A DNA stretch of 64,000 bases from Candidatus Borrarchaeum weybense (GTDB taxonomy: Archaea > Asgardarchaeota > Sifarchaeia > Borrarchaeales > Borrarchaeaceae). Under the pieces are notes generated by a model. The model saw only the letters and a list, made by a program, of their open reading frames with translations, was not told the DNA's origin and searched no databases. Where the stretch lies: contig JAHQJS010000005.1 of assembly GCA_019057385.1 (NCBI GenBank), forward strand, positions 192,799 to 256,798. The letters run 5' to 3'. Both the position numbers and the translations under genes were made by a program. Below, piece by piece: positions 1 through 9,264 of the stretch (position 1 is the stretch's first letter; each line of letters begins with the position of its first letter).

Positions 1-119
1 AATAGCGCCTCCAACAACAGAAACTCCTACTGCACCTCCAACGACACCTCCAGCAGGACCCCCAATAGCGCCTCCAACAACAGAAACTCCTACTGCACCT
101 CCAACGACACCTCCAGCAC
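1..119 (+). repeat. 63-bp coding tandem repeat (about 2 units visible)
   Basis: aatagcgcctccaacaacagaaactcctactgcacctccaacgacacctccagca occurs at 1 and again at 64. Confidence 0.95.
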
Positions 120-229
120 CTGGAGAAGACCTTGTTGATGCAGGAATGGCGACAGTGGCCTCACTAAGATCAGAAATGTTAAATGAGTTAAGAAGACTCA
201 AAAAATATATGCAGAAACCACCTGCGTAA
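2..229 (+). CDS. 3' end of a Pro/Thr-rich protein with a C-terminal amphipathic helix (partial, runs off the window start)
   Basis: Frame 2 is open: IAPPTTETPTAPPTTPPAGPP x2 ... TVASLRSEMLNELRRLKKYMQKPPA*. TAA at 227-229, T-rich tract follows. Confidence 0.8.
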   Translation: MAPPTTETPTAPPTTPPAGPPIAPPTTETPTAPPTTPPAPGEDLVDAGMATVASLRSEMLNELRRLKKYMQKPPA

Positions 230-307
230 TCTTCTTCTCTATTTTTTGGATTTTTACAAAAATACTTACAAAAAGCATGCGTCTACGTTTCTTTTGCTAA
301 TTTTTAA

Positions 308-994
308 TTAAAGTTTTGTTAATGTTTTTACGCCTTTTTCTGAGCCTACGTAGACTATATCAGCCATATTTACGAACAAACCGTTTTCAATTACGCCTGG
401 AATTGCGTTTAGTTGTTTTTCCATTTTACTATAATCTCTAATTCTTAGATCAAATATATCGATGATAAAATTGCCATTGTCTGTTACTACAGGTCCAAGT
501 TTTCTATTACTCATTCGAACTTGAGGAATACCAAATTCTTTGAGTTGATTAAGTACAGTTGACTTCGCGAAAGGAAGAACCTCAAGAGGAAGAGGGGCGA
601 TTTCTCCTAGGGTTTTAACAAGTTTGCTTTCATCCACTAAAATCGCGAGAAGTTTTGCAGCACTCCCAACAATTTTTTCTTTAGTAAGTGCAGCACCTCC
701 ACCTTTTATGAGATTCAAATTAGGATCTACTTCATCAGCTCCATCAACAGCTAGCGCTAAAGATGGGTGCTCATCTAAGGTAGTTAAACGAATGCCTGAA
801 GAGATACACAACTGTGCAGTTTCATATGAAGTTGGCACCGCCATAATATCTATCTCATCGTTTTTAATTCTCTGACCGATCAAATTTATGAGATGCATAA
901 CAGTTGAGCCACTGCCCATTCCAATGATCATTCCATCTTTGATTTGTTCAAGCGCAGCTTTTGCTGACATTTTTTTTAGTTCATCGCTGTCCAT
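308..994 (-). CDS. rpiA: ribose-5-phosphate isomerase A
   Basis: GMGSGST, DGADEVD, KGGGAAL, VTDNGN motifs. Confidence 0.97.
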   Translation of the reverse strand: MDSDELKKMSAKAALEQIKDGMIIGMGSGSTVMHLINLIGQRIKNDEIDIMAVPTSYETAQLCISSGIRLTTLDEHPSLALAVDGADEVDPNLNLIKGGGAALTKEKIVGSAAKLLAILVDESKLVKTLGEIAPLPLEVLPFAKSTVLNQLKEFGIPQVRMSNRKLGPVVTDNGNFIIDIFDLRIRDYSKMEKQLNAIPGVIENGLFVNMADIVYVGSEKGVKTLTKL

Positions 995-1063
995 TTAAAA
1001 TGCCCTCTATTCGATTAACTTAGTTGAAGATATTCTCCGAAGATAAATACTCAAATGAAGGAT

Positions 1064-2914
1064 TTAATATTTTTTAGCAGAAATCCTTTTACCTTCTTGT
1101 AGCGTTCTAATAAGTCGTTTCCCATCCTTCGAGGTCTTTCTAATCCTACATATCCCCTTCTGTCCTATTTTAGCAGTAAGAAGTTGTTTTCCGTTAACAT
1201 AGAGAACCAACAACTCATTTGGGTGCTCTTGAGCCCTAATCATAATAAATTTCTTTTTTACCGAAATATCAATTGGAATCTTTTCCTCAGTTCCCATTTC
1301 ATCTATTTCACGAACCTCTATTCGAATACCTAATTGTTGTTCAATTTCTTTTATTTTTAGACCATTCTTTCCGATTATTTGGGGCACATATTCTTTAGTC
1401 GTTCGAACTATAATTCTGTTTTCTGAAAGCGGTTCTATTTCAAGAGGGGCGTAGGGTACATATCGTTCAAATACTGACAGAATAGTGTTTCGTTTTTCCT
1501 CAGATATCTTAGGGATAACTTTTTGTTTCTCTGTGGAACCGATGGGGATCACTACAACCTGTTCACCAAATGTGTAAAGTTCATAAAGCAGTTTATCTGT
1601 TTCAAAATCTTTTATTTCAATTATAGGCCTGGCAAGATCTGCTTCGAACATTCCACTTGGAACTTTAACAAGCATTTGTAAGTAATACACGCTAGTTATT
1701 CGGCCTGAATCCATATAGATTACAGTATCTACTATTTGTGGGATGACACCTAACTCCACCCGTCCAATAAGTCGTTGAATTGCATCTACAGGTCTAGAGG
1801 TATGTACAACGCCAAGCATACCGACTCCAGCCATTCGAAAATCTGCGAAGACTCGAAAGTCAACTGTACGTCTCATTTCATCGAATGCTACAAAGTCTGG
1901 CCTTATAAGAAGAAGTAATTCGGCAGCTTTTTCAAAATCACCACCCAATGGCGCGTATTGGGTGATTGTTGGCCCAACTTGAAGATCACGTGGCCTCTCA
2001 AGGGTCGCCACATTTTGCTTTTCTGCAAATAAATTTGCTATGGCTTGAACAAAAGTTGATTTTCCAGATCCTGGTCTTCCAGCGACAATAATTCCTTCTG
2101 CTTGCTCTTCAATTCTTTGTCTAAGTTTTTCCGATAAATCATAATCATCAATGGTCATTGTTACAATTGGGCGAACTATAGTGATTTCAGATCTATCAGA
2201 GAAAGGTGGGTGTGTTATAACAATACGATATTGTTGTAACTGAAGTACAGTAGCACCTGGTTCATCTATCTCAATAAAAGAACCTCTTTCAGTTTTCGCT
2301 CTCTCGATTAATTCCGTAGCAATATTCTGCAATTCGTTTCGTTTTAATGGAAGATCGCCAAATTTTTCAAGATACCAATTACCAGGTGTGCCTCTTTTCG
2401 CCATAGGGAGTACGCCTTCACGCAAATGAACAGACATTGTATCTCCTGTGAAAAAATCTTCAATTTGAATTTGTGATATTTCTTTCTTAGGCTTGACATA
2501 TTCTGTACGAATTCCGTCTATTTCTGCAACAAGAGCTTGGACCCTGTCGGAAGTAACTAACTTTGCATTGTTTTCTTTCGCTACTTGACGAATAAGTTCG
2601 TCGAGTTCGCCGCCCCTGGCCAATTTAATTTGTTCTAATCCAGGCCGTTCACCTATTATCTGAATGTCAAGAATATTATCAATAGCGTCAGCTACTTCTT
2701 TTAATTTCTTTATTTCATATAATCCTACATAACCTGTAGCCTTTCCAAGATTGGCTTGATATTCTAGCTCACTGAGGGCTACTCGCGGAATCAAAATTTC
2801 TGTTGGAATATCATATTTTCTATCTGCCAGTACCCCGCTAATGATAACAGACGTATCTGGAACGATTCTAATTGTCTCTTGAGAGGTTTCATCGAGATTC
2901 AAAGATCTCACCAT
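1064..2914 (-). CDS. PIN-domain P-loop ATPase with KH domain (PINA family)
   Basis: N-terminal PIN (VPDTS...ELEYQAN), Walker A GRPGSGKST, DEMR Walker B, KH IIGKNG. Confidence 0.92.
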   Translation of the reverse strand: MVRSLNLDETSQETIRIVPDTSVIISGVLADRKYDIPTEILIPRVALSELEYQANLGKATGYVGLYEIKKLKEVADAIDNILDIQIIGERPGLEQIKLARGGELDELIRQVAKENNAKLVTSDRVQALVAEIDGIRTEYVKPKKEISQIQIEDFFTGDTMSVHLREGVLPMAKRGTPGNWYLEKFGDLPLKRNELQNIATELIERAKTERGSFIEIDEPGATVLQLQQYRIVITHPPFSDRSEITIVRPIVTMTIDDYDLSEKLRQRIEEQAEGIIVAGRPGSGKSTFVQAIANLFAEKQNVATLERPRDLQVGPTITQYAPLGGDFEKAAELLLLIRPDFVAFDEMRRTVDFRVFADFRMAGVGMLGVVHTSRPVDAIQRLIGRVELGVIPQIVDTVIYMDSGRITSVYYLQMLVKVPSGMFEADLARPIIEIKDFETDKLLYELYTFGEQVVVIPIGSTEKQKVIPKISEEKRNTILSVFERYVPYAPLEIEPLSENRIIVRTTKEYVPQIIGKNGLKIKEIEQQLGIRIEVREIDEMGTEEKIPIDISVKKKFIMIRAQEHPNELLVLYVNGKQLLTAKIGQKGICRIRKTSKDGKRLIRTLQEGKRISAKKY

Positions 2915-3018
2915 TATTCTGTCGTTAATAATTTTTTAATGAAGGGTTTAAACAAAAATTAAATTACAAAATCACATTTTCTCAAAAACTTAGTGTTACA
3001 GAAAATGTATTTGTTATT

Positions 3019-3690
3019 CTAAGATTTTTGAATGCCACCTTTGCCCGTTACATCCGATATTTGCTTTTTAACTGCAAGGTTGACTTGAGTACCTAAATAA
3101 TAGGTGACTTCGCCGACATTATCTACCACCGCCAGCACCAATTTTTTCCTTACATTGCGCGCTTGACGAGTAACGCTATCTAAAACATCAAGTTTAAAAG
3201 GAGTGCCCTCTACAACAATACAAACAAGATACGCTGCCTCATCCTTTCCTAAAACTCCTCCGCGAGGATATATCCTGTAGTGTATTGGGTCACCTAGTCC
3301 TGCCCTGACGATATATCCTCGTGATCGCAAATCACGATAAACCAAATATCTTGTCCAAATTTGTGGATCATTTTTTAGGAAATATGTCAGAAGTTTATCG
3401 AATGTGAACGCCTCATCCTCGTCATCAGTGGTTACATTTAATCTACTGCGTTCTACTAAGAGCAGGCTTTCAATAGGAGAGAGCAGCAATTTGCGATCTT
3501 CATCAAAGGAGCCATAATATCCATTTCCATAAATCACATCTGCCCCTTCCTCAACTATTACAGAATTGTCCTTTAATTTGCCGTCTTGGGTTGGATAAGG
3601 TTCTCTTTCTTCTTTCTCCTCTTCATTTATTGAAGTTTCATCGTTCGAATTAACCACAAAAGTCCCTCTTGCATTATTTGATCTCATCAA
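3019..3690 (-). CDS. endA: tRNA-splicing endonuclease subunit, probably the structural (non-catalytic) one
   Basis: LSPIESLLL, YLVYRDLRSRGYIVR and VRKKLVLAVVD motifs. The catalytic His position reads Glu. The true start may be GTG at 3657. Confidence 0.85.
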   Translation of the reverse strand: MMRSNNARGTFVVNSNDETSINEEEKEEREPYPTQDGKLKDNSVIVEEGADVIYGNGYYGSFDEDRKLLLSPIESLLLVERSRLNVTTDDEDEAFTFDKLLTYFLKNDPQIWTRYLVYRDLRSRGYIVRAGLGDPIHYRIYPRGGVLGKDEAAYLVCIVVEGTPFKLDVLDSVTRQARNVRKKLVLAVVDNVGEVTYYLGTQVNLAVKKQISDVTGKGGIQKS

Positions 3691-3751
3691 AAGAGTTGCA
3701 ATAATACATTTTTAAAACTATTCAAATAAACCCTCTATTGGCGAGAATACT

Positions 3752-4306
3752 ATGTCTAGAATTCACCCATCGGAGTCTCCTGAAAATCTTGATAAAAAGA
3801 GCCAAATATTATGGAATAAACTAAAAGCATTTTTTACAGGTGCAAAAAATATCGTGATTATTGCCATTGGAAATGAAATGAGACGAGATGACGGGATAGG
3901 GATCGCGATTTTTAAAAAACTAAAAGATCTTGGCCCATTACCCTCACCATTTCTTCTTTTAAATACAGGTACGACTCCAGAAAACTTTATCCGCCCTATC
4001 GAAAGCTGGAATCCAAGCCATCTTTTAATTATAGATGCCGTTGATATGGGTGAAGAACCGGGTGAAATCGAACTCATTCAAATGGATGAAATTCATAACA
4101 TAACTGTTTCAACTCATAAGATGTCTCTTGCTCTCCTTAATAAGTATCTTATGAGCGAACTAAAATTAAAAATAAAGTTCCTTGGTATTCAAATAAAAGA
4201 TGTGTCTTTTGGGGAAGGTCTTTCGCCTGAACTAACGCAAATTCCTACGAGAGTTGCACAGCTTTTGAGGTCCATTTTAAATGAAATCACGCACCATCCA
4301 ATTTAA
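3752..4306 (+). CDS. hydrogenase maturation protease (HycI-like)
   Basis: IGNEMRRDDGIG, TPEN, IIDAVD, STH motifs. Confidence 0.9.
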   Translation: MSRIHPSESPENLDKKSQILWNKLKAFFTGAKNIVIIAIGNEMRRDDGIGIAIFKKLKDLGPLPSPFLLLNTGTTPENFIRPIESWNPSHLLIIDAVDMGEEPGEIELIQMDEIHNITVSTHKMSLALLNKYLMSELKLKIKFLGIQIKDVSFGEGLSPELTQIPTRVAQLLRSILNEITHHPI

Positions 4307-5352
4307 GGAGCTTCTCTTAGTGCAGCTAAAGCTTCCTCAAATGGGGGATATATGACTCCCTTATCACAGATTAAAGCTGTGATTAGTTCAGGTGGTGTTA
4401 TATCGAAAGCGGGATTTAACACTGGCACATCATTAGGAACTATTTGTTGATCCCTACAAAATCTAACTTCCTTTGGGTCTCGCTGTTCGACAATGATATC
4501 TTCTAGTTTATGTACGAAATCAAAAGTAGTTATAGGAAGGGCTACGTAGAAAGGGATCTTGTGATGTTTTGTTAAAACCGCAAGCGCATATGTTCCGATC
4601 TTATTAAATACATGACCTGTAGATAAAACGCGATCAGCGCCAACAATTACACAATCTATAAGTTTCCGATAAATAAGTATCCCTGCGGCGTTATCTGGAA
4701 TAATAGTAATATTTACATCTTCCTGGGCGAGTTCAAATGCAGTGATTCTTCCTTGCAGAAAAGGTCTAGTCTCTGTAGCAAACACTTTTACATTTCTCCT
4801 TTTTTCAGAAGCAAGCGAAACTATCCCTTGAGCAGTTCCGTATTCACCGCTGGCTACTGCTAGTCCACCTGTGTGACAATGGATCAGAATGGTGAAATTA
4901 TCCTTTATGAGTTCAAGGCCATTTGCTGCAATCTGGAGATTCATTTTTCGGTCGTCATCTATTGCTAGTTCTGCTTCTCTCAAAATAAATGGTACAATTT
5001 CCTCTGTGGTTGAAAGTTTTGAAATGCCTTGTAAGACCTTATCAAGGACTAATGAAAGATTCACTGCTGTTGGACGTGCTTTTATTAGTTGGGCTGCTCC
5101 CTTTTTTAATTCAATTAGAAATTTATCAAAATCGACCGAGCCATAGCTTTTTTGTTTGATATGAAATGCATGCAGCACCAGTCCATATACGCCAGCAATA
5201 GCAATGGCTGGAGCCCCTCGGACAACCATGTTTTTTATGGCGCCTAGCACGTCTTCTAACTTTGAGCAAGTTACATATTCTAAAGAAGGCAGAGCGCGTT
5301 GATCTACAAAGATTAATGTTTTTGTGTCCTGTTTCCATTCAAATGGTTTCAT
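4303..5352 (-). CDS. mtnA: methylthioribose-1-phosphate isomerase (eIF2B-related family)
   Basis: DQR, MVVRGAPAI, RPTAVNL, ETRP, GADR, NKIGT, NPAFDITP. Confidence 0.88.
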   Translation of the reverse strand: MKPFEWKQDTKTLIFVDQRALPSLEYVTCSKLEDVLGAIKNMVVRGAPAIAIAGVYGLVLHAFHIKQKSYGSVDFDKFLIELKKGAAQLIKARPTAVNLSLVLDKVLQGISKLSTTEEIVPFILREAELAIDDDRKMNLQIAANGLELIKDNFTILIHCHTGGLAVASGEYGTAQGIVSLASEKRRNVKVFATETRPFLQGRITAFELAQEDVNITIIPDNAAGILIYRKLIDCVIVGADRVLSTGHVFNKIGTYALAVLTKHHKIPFYVALPITTFDFVHKLEDIIVEQRDPKEVRFCRDQQIVPNDVPVLNPAFDITPPELITALICDKGVIYPPFEEALAALREAP

Positions 5353-5617
5353 ATATCTTCACAGTTCCCTTTTGAGATCAAAAACAAAAATTTTCCGATA
5401 ATTTTACTATTCTATTTTTTTCAAGTCGACTTAACCTATTAAATCTTAATTAGTCGCCCCGCTCTGGGGTGCTCCAGAAAAAATGGTGATCTCCTCAGTT
5501 TATGCCGAAAATTAGTAGAACTTCCACCTCTATTTAGAAAATGACAAAAAGAATTATCTTATTTCAGTTTCACCCCTCTCTCTCTTTTCTAAAAAGATTC
5601 TATGAGAAGTACTAAAT

Positions 5618-5998
5618 ATGGTGATTTATTGCGAGATTTGCTTCCAACCTTTCAAGAATTATAGAGGGTTGAGAATTCATAAGGGAAAAGTCCATAAGGA
5701 CATTCTAAATACAAGGAAAGCGGTTCTGCACAAAATTGACAGCCAGGCAGAAGAAATTAGGGGGCTTAAAGCAGTACTCTCAACTCTCATAAATGAAATA
5801 AAATCTCTAAGGGTGTTAGGTTTTTCATCTTCACATAATATTACACAAACGAATTATTTCTCAGCATCTCCTCCCACAAAACCTATGCTTTCAAATATCT
5901 CTATGCCACCAGTTGGAATGAATTACGGATGCGCTCATGGAGAATTAATGAGTGAGTTAAAATCTGTTTTAAAAGAACGTGAACTTGCATCTGCTTGA
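5618..5998 (+). CDS. C2H2 zinc-finger protein with coiled coil and Pro-rich linker
   Basis: CEICFQPFKNYRGLRIHKGKVH fits C-x2-C-x12-H-x4-H, followed by a heptad-like helix. Confidence 0.75.
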   Translation: MVIYCEICFQPFKNYRGLRIHKGKVHKDILNTRKAVLHKIDSQAEEIRGLKAVLSTLINEIKSLRVLGFSSSHNITQTNYFSASPPTKPMLSNISMPPVGMNYGCAHGELMSELKSVLKERELASA

Positions 5999-6027
5999 TT
6001 CTGTATTATAATAGTCTTAATGGAAAC

Positions 6028-6855
6028 TCAACACAAGACTCGTGAATCTAATTCACAAATTATCCTACTTGCAGTTCTTAGTCGTTTTTTCAAAGTCTCA
6101 AAAAAGTATCGATTTCTAGTTTGTTGCTGAATCTCATAGTTTGGATAGAGTTTATTTTTTAATTGAATCATAACCTTAACCAGTTCCGAGAGATCTGATG
6201 AGGAAGTAGGGGGGCTATAAATCTTTTTTAGCGCATTTTCATCTTGAATCTGGATTTGCTTTAGCGCTAGTTCTATCACAGTCCTATATGCGTTTTCTAC
6301 AAGTGAATACACTTTATCATAAAAACCAATTATCTGGTTTAAATAGTCAGATATTCGTTGTGCAAGTAATTCAAATAATTTCATTGATTCAGAAACTCCA
6401 ATAATGCTGTTTAAAGAAAAATCGTAATTTGGAGCGGGACTATATTCTTCTAATTCTAAAGGAACTGGGCCAATGATCCCGCTTATTGTAAGAACATCTA
6501 TGGGACATTTTTTATCATTTATATCGCGTCCTAGGAAAAGATAAATGAGAGGACGATATAATGAAAGATACGAAGTAGATAAACTGTAAGGCTTGGCTTT
6601 ACTACATGGCAAAATAAGCAAAAATCGTCTCTTATGTGAGGGTGTATAATTCGTTAACACGAATTCAACAAAATTTTGAGTGCACGGATGTTTTATAGCT
6701 CTATATGCATCTGCAACTCTGTCTGTTTCGGAAATGTCGTCTATGAAGGCCCATGGATATTTTGGAAATAACTTTCGATATTCGAAAACAGGTATAGGTT
6801 CTCGCTGTTTGTTTACTCTATTTCCGCCCCAAACTAATTCATTTTTCATAAACAA
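6028..6855 (-). CDS. archaeosine synthase/TGT-associated domain protein (DUF5591-like)
   Basis: LILPCSKAKPYSLS and GPVPLELE...NYD motifs. Confidence 0.7.
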   Translation of the reverse strand: MFMKNELVWGGNRVNKQREPIPVFEYRKLFPKYPWAFIDDISETDRVADAYRAIKHPCTQNFVEFVLTNYTPSHKRRFLLILPCSKAKPYSLSTSYLSLYRPLIYLFLGRDINDKKCPIDVLTISGIIGPVPLELEEYSPAPNYDFSLNSIIGVSESMKLFELLAQRISDYLNQIIGFYDKVYSLVENAYRTVIELALKQIQIQDENALKKIYSPPTSSSDLSELVKVMIQLKNKLYPNYEIQQQTRNRYFFETLKKRLRTASRIICELDSRVLC

Positions 6856-6893
6856 ACCAGAGAATTTAGTGTTTCTAGAATTGAGATTAATAA

Positions 6894-7682
6894 TTATGAG
6901 CGATTGCTGGGTAAATTAAGGATTGTCTCGATCTTCTCGTCAGGTAATATAATTTCCTCACGCCAGGAATCTCCAATAGCGACTAGAATAAAAAGTCCCA
7001 CCACATCTGACCCAGACTTTTTTACTATGTTTATTAAGGCTCGTTGTGTTTCTCCTGAGCGAACTACATCATCTACAACTAGAACTCTGTCTTTTCTTGA
7101 AAAGCTATATTTTGGGATATACAAAGACATCCTAGTTCCTGAAAAACTGGGAATATACGTTTCTTCCACAAATTCTTTAACGCCAACTTCTCTAACTCTT
7201 TTTGCAATCACTAAATCAACTTCCATTTCATTTGCAATATGGGTTCCGATCGGAATTCCATCTGCTGCCGCTGTTAAAACCTTTGTGATACCATCTTTAG
7301 CAAACTTTTGCGTTATAACTCGTGCAACATAGCGGAGCAATAGAGTATCACCTAATAACGATGTGTTATCAAAGTATCCGTTGTCAAATTTCAATCGATT
7401 TCTAACTTCTTTCACAAGGTCAATTTCATTTTCCAAAATTTTTAACATTTCCTCCGTACGATCCGCATTTGGTAAGACGTGACCTCTAATGTATCGATTT
7501 AATACTGTAATAGGAAGTGGACGTGGTGTTGAATCATTTTTAGACTCACCCCGTAATTGTGGTCTGACTTTCAGAATTTTTGATAGTTCTTCATAAGTCA
7601 TTCTTTTCTTAAGGATTTTTAAGAGTTCTATACATCGTAAACGGGCTTTTATTTGCTCTAATTGTGTTAAATTACCAGACAT
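6894..7682 (-). CDS. HTH-phosphoribosyltransferase (PurR/adenine PRT-like regulator)
   Basis: N-terminal HTH (TYEELSKIL...LNRYIRGHVLP) and PRPP motif VLVVDDVVRSGET. Confidence 0.88.
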   Translation of the reverse strand: MSGNLTQLEQIKARLRCIELLKILKKRMTYEELSKILKVRPQLRGESKNDSTPRPLPITVLNRYIRGHVLPNADRTEEMLKILENEIDLVKEVRNRLKFDNGYFDNTSLLGDTLLLRYVARVITQKFAKDGITKVLTAAADGIPIGTHIANEMEVDLVIAKRVREVGVKEFVEETYIPSFSGTRMSLYIPKYSFSRKDRVLVVDDVVRSGETQRALINIVKKSGSDVVGLFILVAIGDSWREEIILPDEKIETILNLPSNRS

Positions 7683-7889
7683 TTACTGAAGCACTCCTTT
7701 GCTTTGTAACATTTTTGTTAAAATATTTATAAGAATACAACTGAGTCTCCATAAAAATTGTATTAAATTAGTTAATTTGAGTATGGACTTTATAAATATG
7801 TTTGATATTCAAAACTAACTACTACGTGAAAATCGACAGTAGTAGGATCCTGCTTGAGTTGATCGCCTCGCTCCAGGAGGCTCCGAATG

Positions 7890-8384
7890 TTAAACAACTT
7901 TGTATATTCCATCATATAAAAGAGAAATATCTAAAACTCGTGCAAAAGATATTTGTAAGATTCGAGCGTCTCTATAGAGTTGAACTCTTGAAAATGCGGC
8001 CAGACCGACAACCAAAGGCCCTTTAAAACCAGGATCAATCAGTGCTTCCCTTAAAAAGAGCCCCATTCTATGAAGACTACTGCGTGGATTAATGATACCT
8101 ACTAAATCATCGGGCATTGTAAGAGATTCGTTAGTTTCTACAAGATAGAAGCCCTTTTGTAAAATCACAGCATCCTTATTATCCCATTCTTTTTGTTTTC
8201 GCTTAGGTAAATTGCGTCTCGAATTATCAAAATCGAGAACGCCCATATCATTTTCGAGAGTGAAAATAGTTCCTATAGTGCATTCAAAGCCACAAGGTTG
8301 GAGCTGTTTCTCTAAAGAAACATAATCTTGCACCAGTTGATGCTCAGTTATGAGTTCCTTAATTTTTAAATCTCCTAAGAACAA
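7890..8384 (-). CDS. dUTPase/dCTP deaminase family protein
   Basis: QLQPCG, PRSSLHRMG, DPGFKG, ARILQ motifs. TTG start after GGTG. Confidence 0.88.
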   Translation of the reverse strand: MFLGDLKIKELITEHQLVQDYVSLEKQLQPCGFECTIGTIFTLENDMGVLDFDNSRRNLPKRKQKEWDNKDAVILQKGFYLVETNESLTMPDDLVGIINPRSSLHRMGLFLREALIDPGFKGPLVVGLAAFSRVQLYRDARILQISFARVLDISLLYDGIYKVV

Positions 8385-8581
8385 ATTAGATCACCACAAA
8401 TTGACTTGATATCCCTAACTCAACAAATTTACTTGAATATCTAGCTACTATTACATAAAATGTCCACTTCCATAAACTTTTTAAAAAAGTATGATGTAAA
8501 CCTTTCTGCCTTAATAAAATAATAACTCCCTCTTTAGGTTCTTTGAACTGAGCATAATCCCTAAAAGGAATTATCTTAAGT

Positions 8582-8724
8582 GCCCTGGTGGTGTAGCACG
8601 GCCTTTAACGATTATCACCAAGTCGTTAGCTGATATCATTTGGGACTGTCACTCACTTATGTGCGTTTGATGCATAAGTTGGGCAATTCCCAGGACCCGG
8701 GTTCAAATCCCGGCCAGGGCGCCA
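8582..8724 (+). tRNA. tRNA-Asp(GUC) with 2 introns (D-loop 8605-8634; position 38/39 8653-8687)
   Basis: Acceptor GCCCTGG/CCAGGGC+GCCA. Anticodon stem TGGGA/TCCCA. BHB helices CGGC/GCTG and TGTC/GGCA. Confidence 0.92.
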
Positions 8725-8782
8725 TCCATTAAAACTCTAAGTAGTTACAGCGCATGGATAAACAGAAAAAAAAGATAGATAC

Positions 8783-8793
8783 AAGGTATATAA
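8783..8793 (+). promoter_or_regulatory. putative BRE/TATA for tRNA-Lys
   Basis: aaggtatataa about 30 nt upstream of the tRNA 5' end. Confidence 0.5.
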
Positions 8794-8823
8794 TCTCACT
8801 TACGGCCATTTACTAAATAGGAC

Positions 8824-9006
8824 GGGCCCGTAGCTCAGCTAGGTAGACAAAGCCTTAATATCTTTGGCTGTAAGCGTCGGGCTTTTACGCATTACACTTA
8901 AGCAGTAAATAAAGCTTAAGCGATTAAAATGCAGAGACACCCGATGGCCACGGGTTCAAAGGATCCAAGCGCAACGACGGATCTGAAATTCCCGTCGGGC
9001 CCGCCA
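8824..9006 (+). tRNA. tRNA-Lys(UUU) with 3 introns (about 22/23 8847-8872; 37/38 8888-8938; 59/60 8961-8989)
   Basis: Spliced product GGGCCCGTAGCTCAGCTAGGTAGAGCGTCGGGCTTTTAACCCGATGGCCACGGGTTCAAATCCCGTCGGGCCCGCCA. BHB helices CTTT/AGAG and TTCA/TGAA. Confidence 0.92.
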
Positions 9007-9264
9007 ATTCTACAATAACCGAACTTCTGCCAGAAGGAGAATCAAAAGTTATAAAAAAGATTCGGACATTGTTGGGTAGGTAAGCTAGCAGATTTTTCAG
9101 GAGAATGATTTCAGAATAAATAAGCCTTTAGGGGGACATAACTCCTTTCACATTATTATATTGCTAAAATTGAGACAATTAATGAACCAGTAAGTGAAGG
9201 TCATCTAATATTTATCTCAAAATGAATTTTGTAATTTATAATCCATGAAAAAGGAAGTGCGCGG

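Noticed and set aside
5353-5617. Replication origin (ctccagaaaaaatgg is weakly ORB-like); also the AT-rich gaps 36050-36520 and 54871-55398
   Set aside because: No repeated ORB motifs and no cdc6/orc1 nearby.
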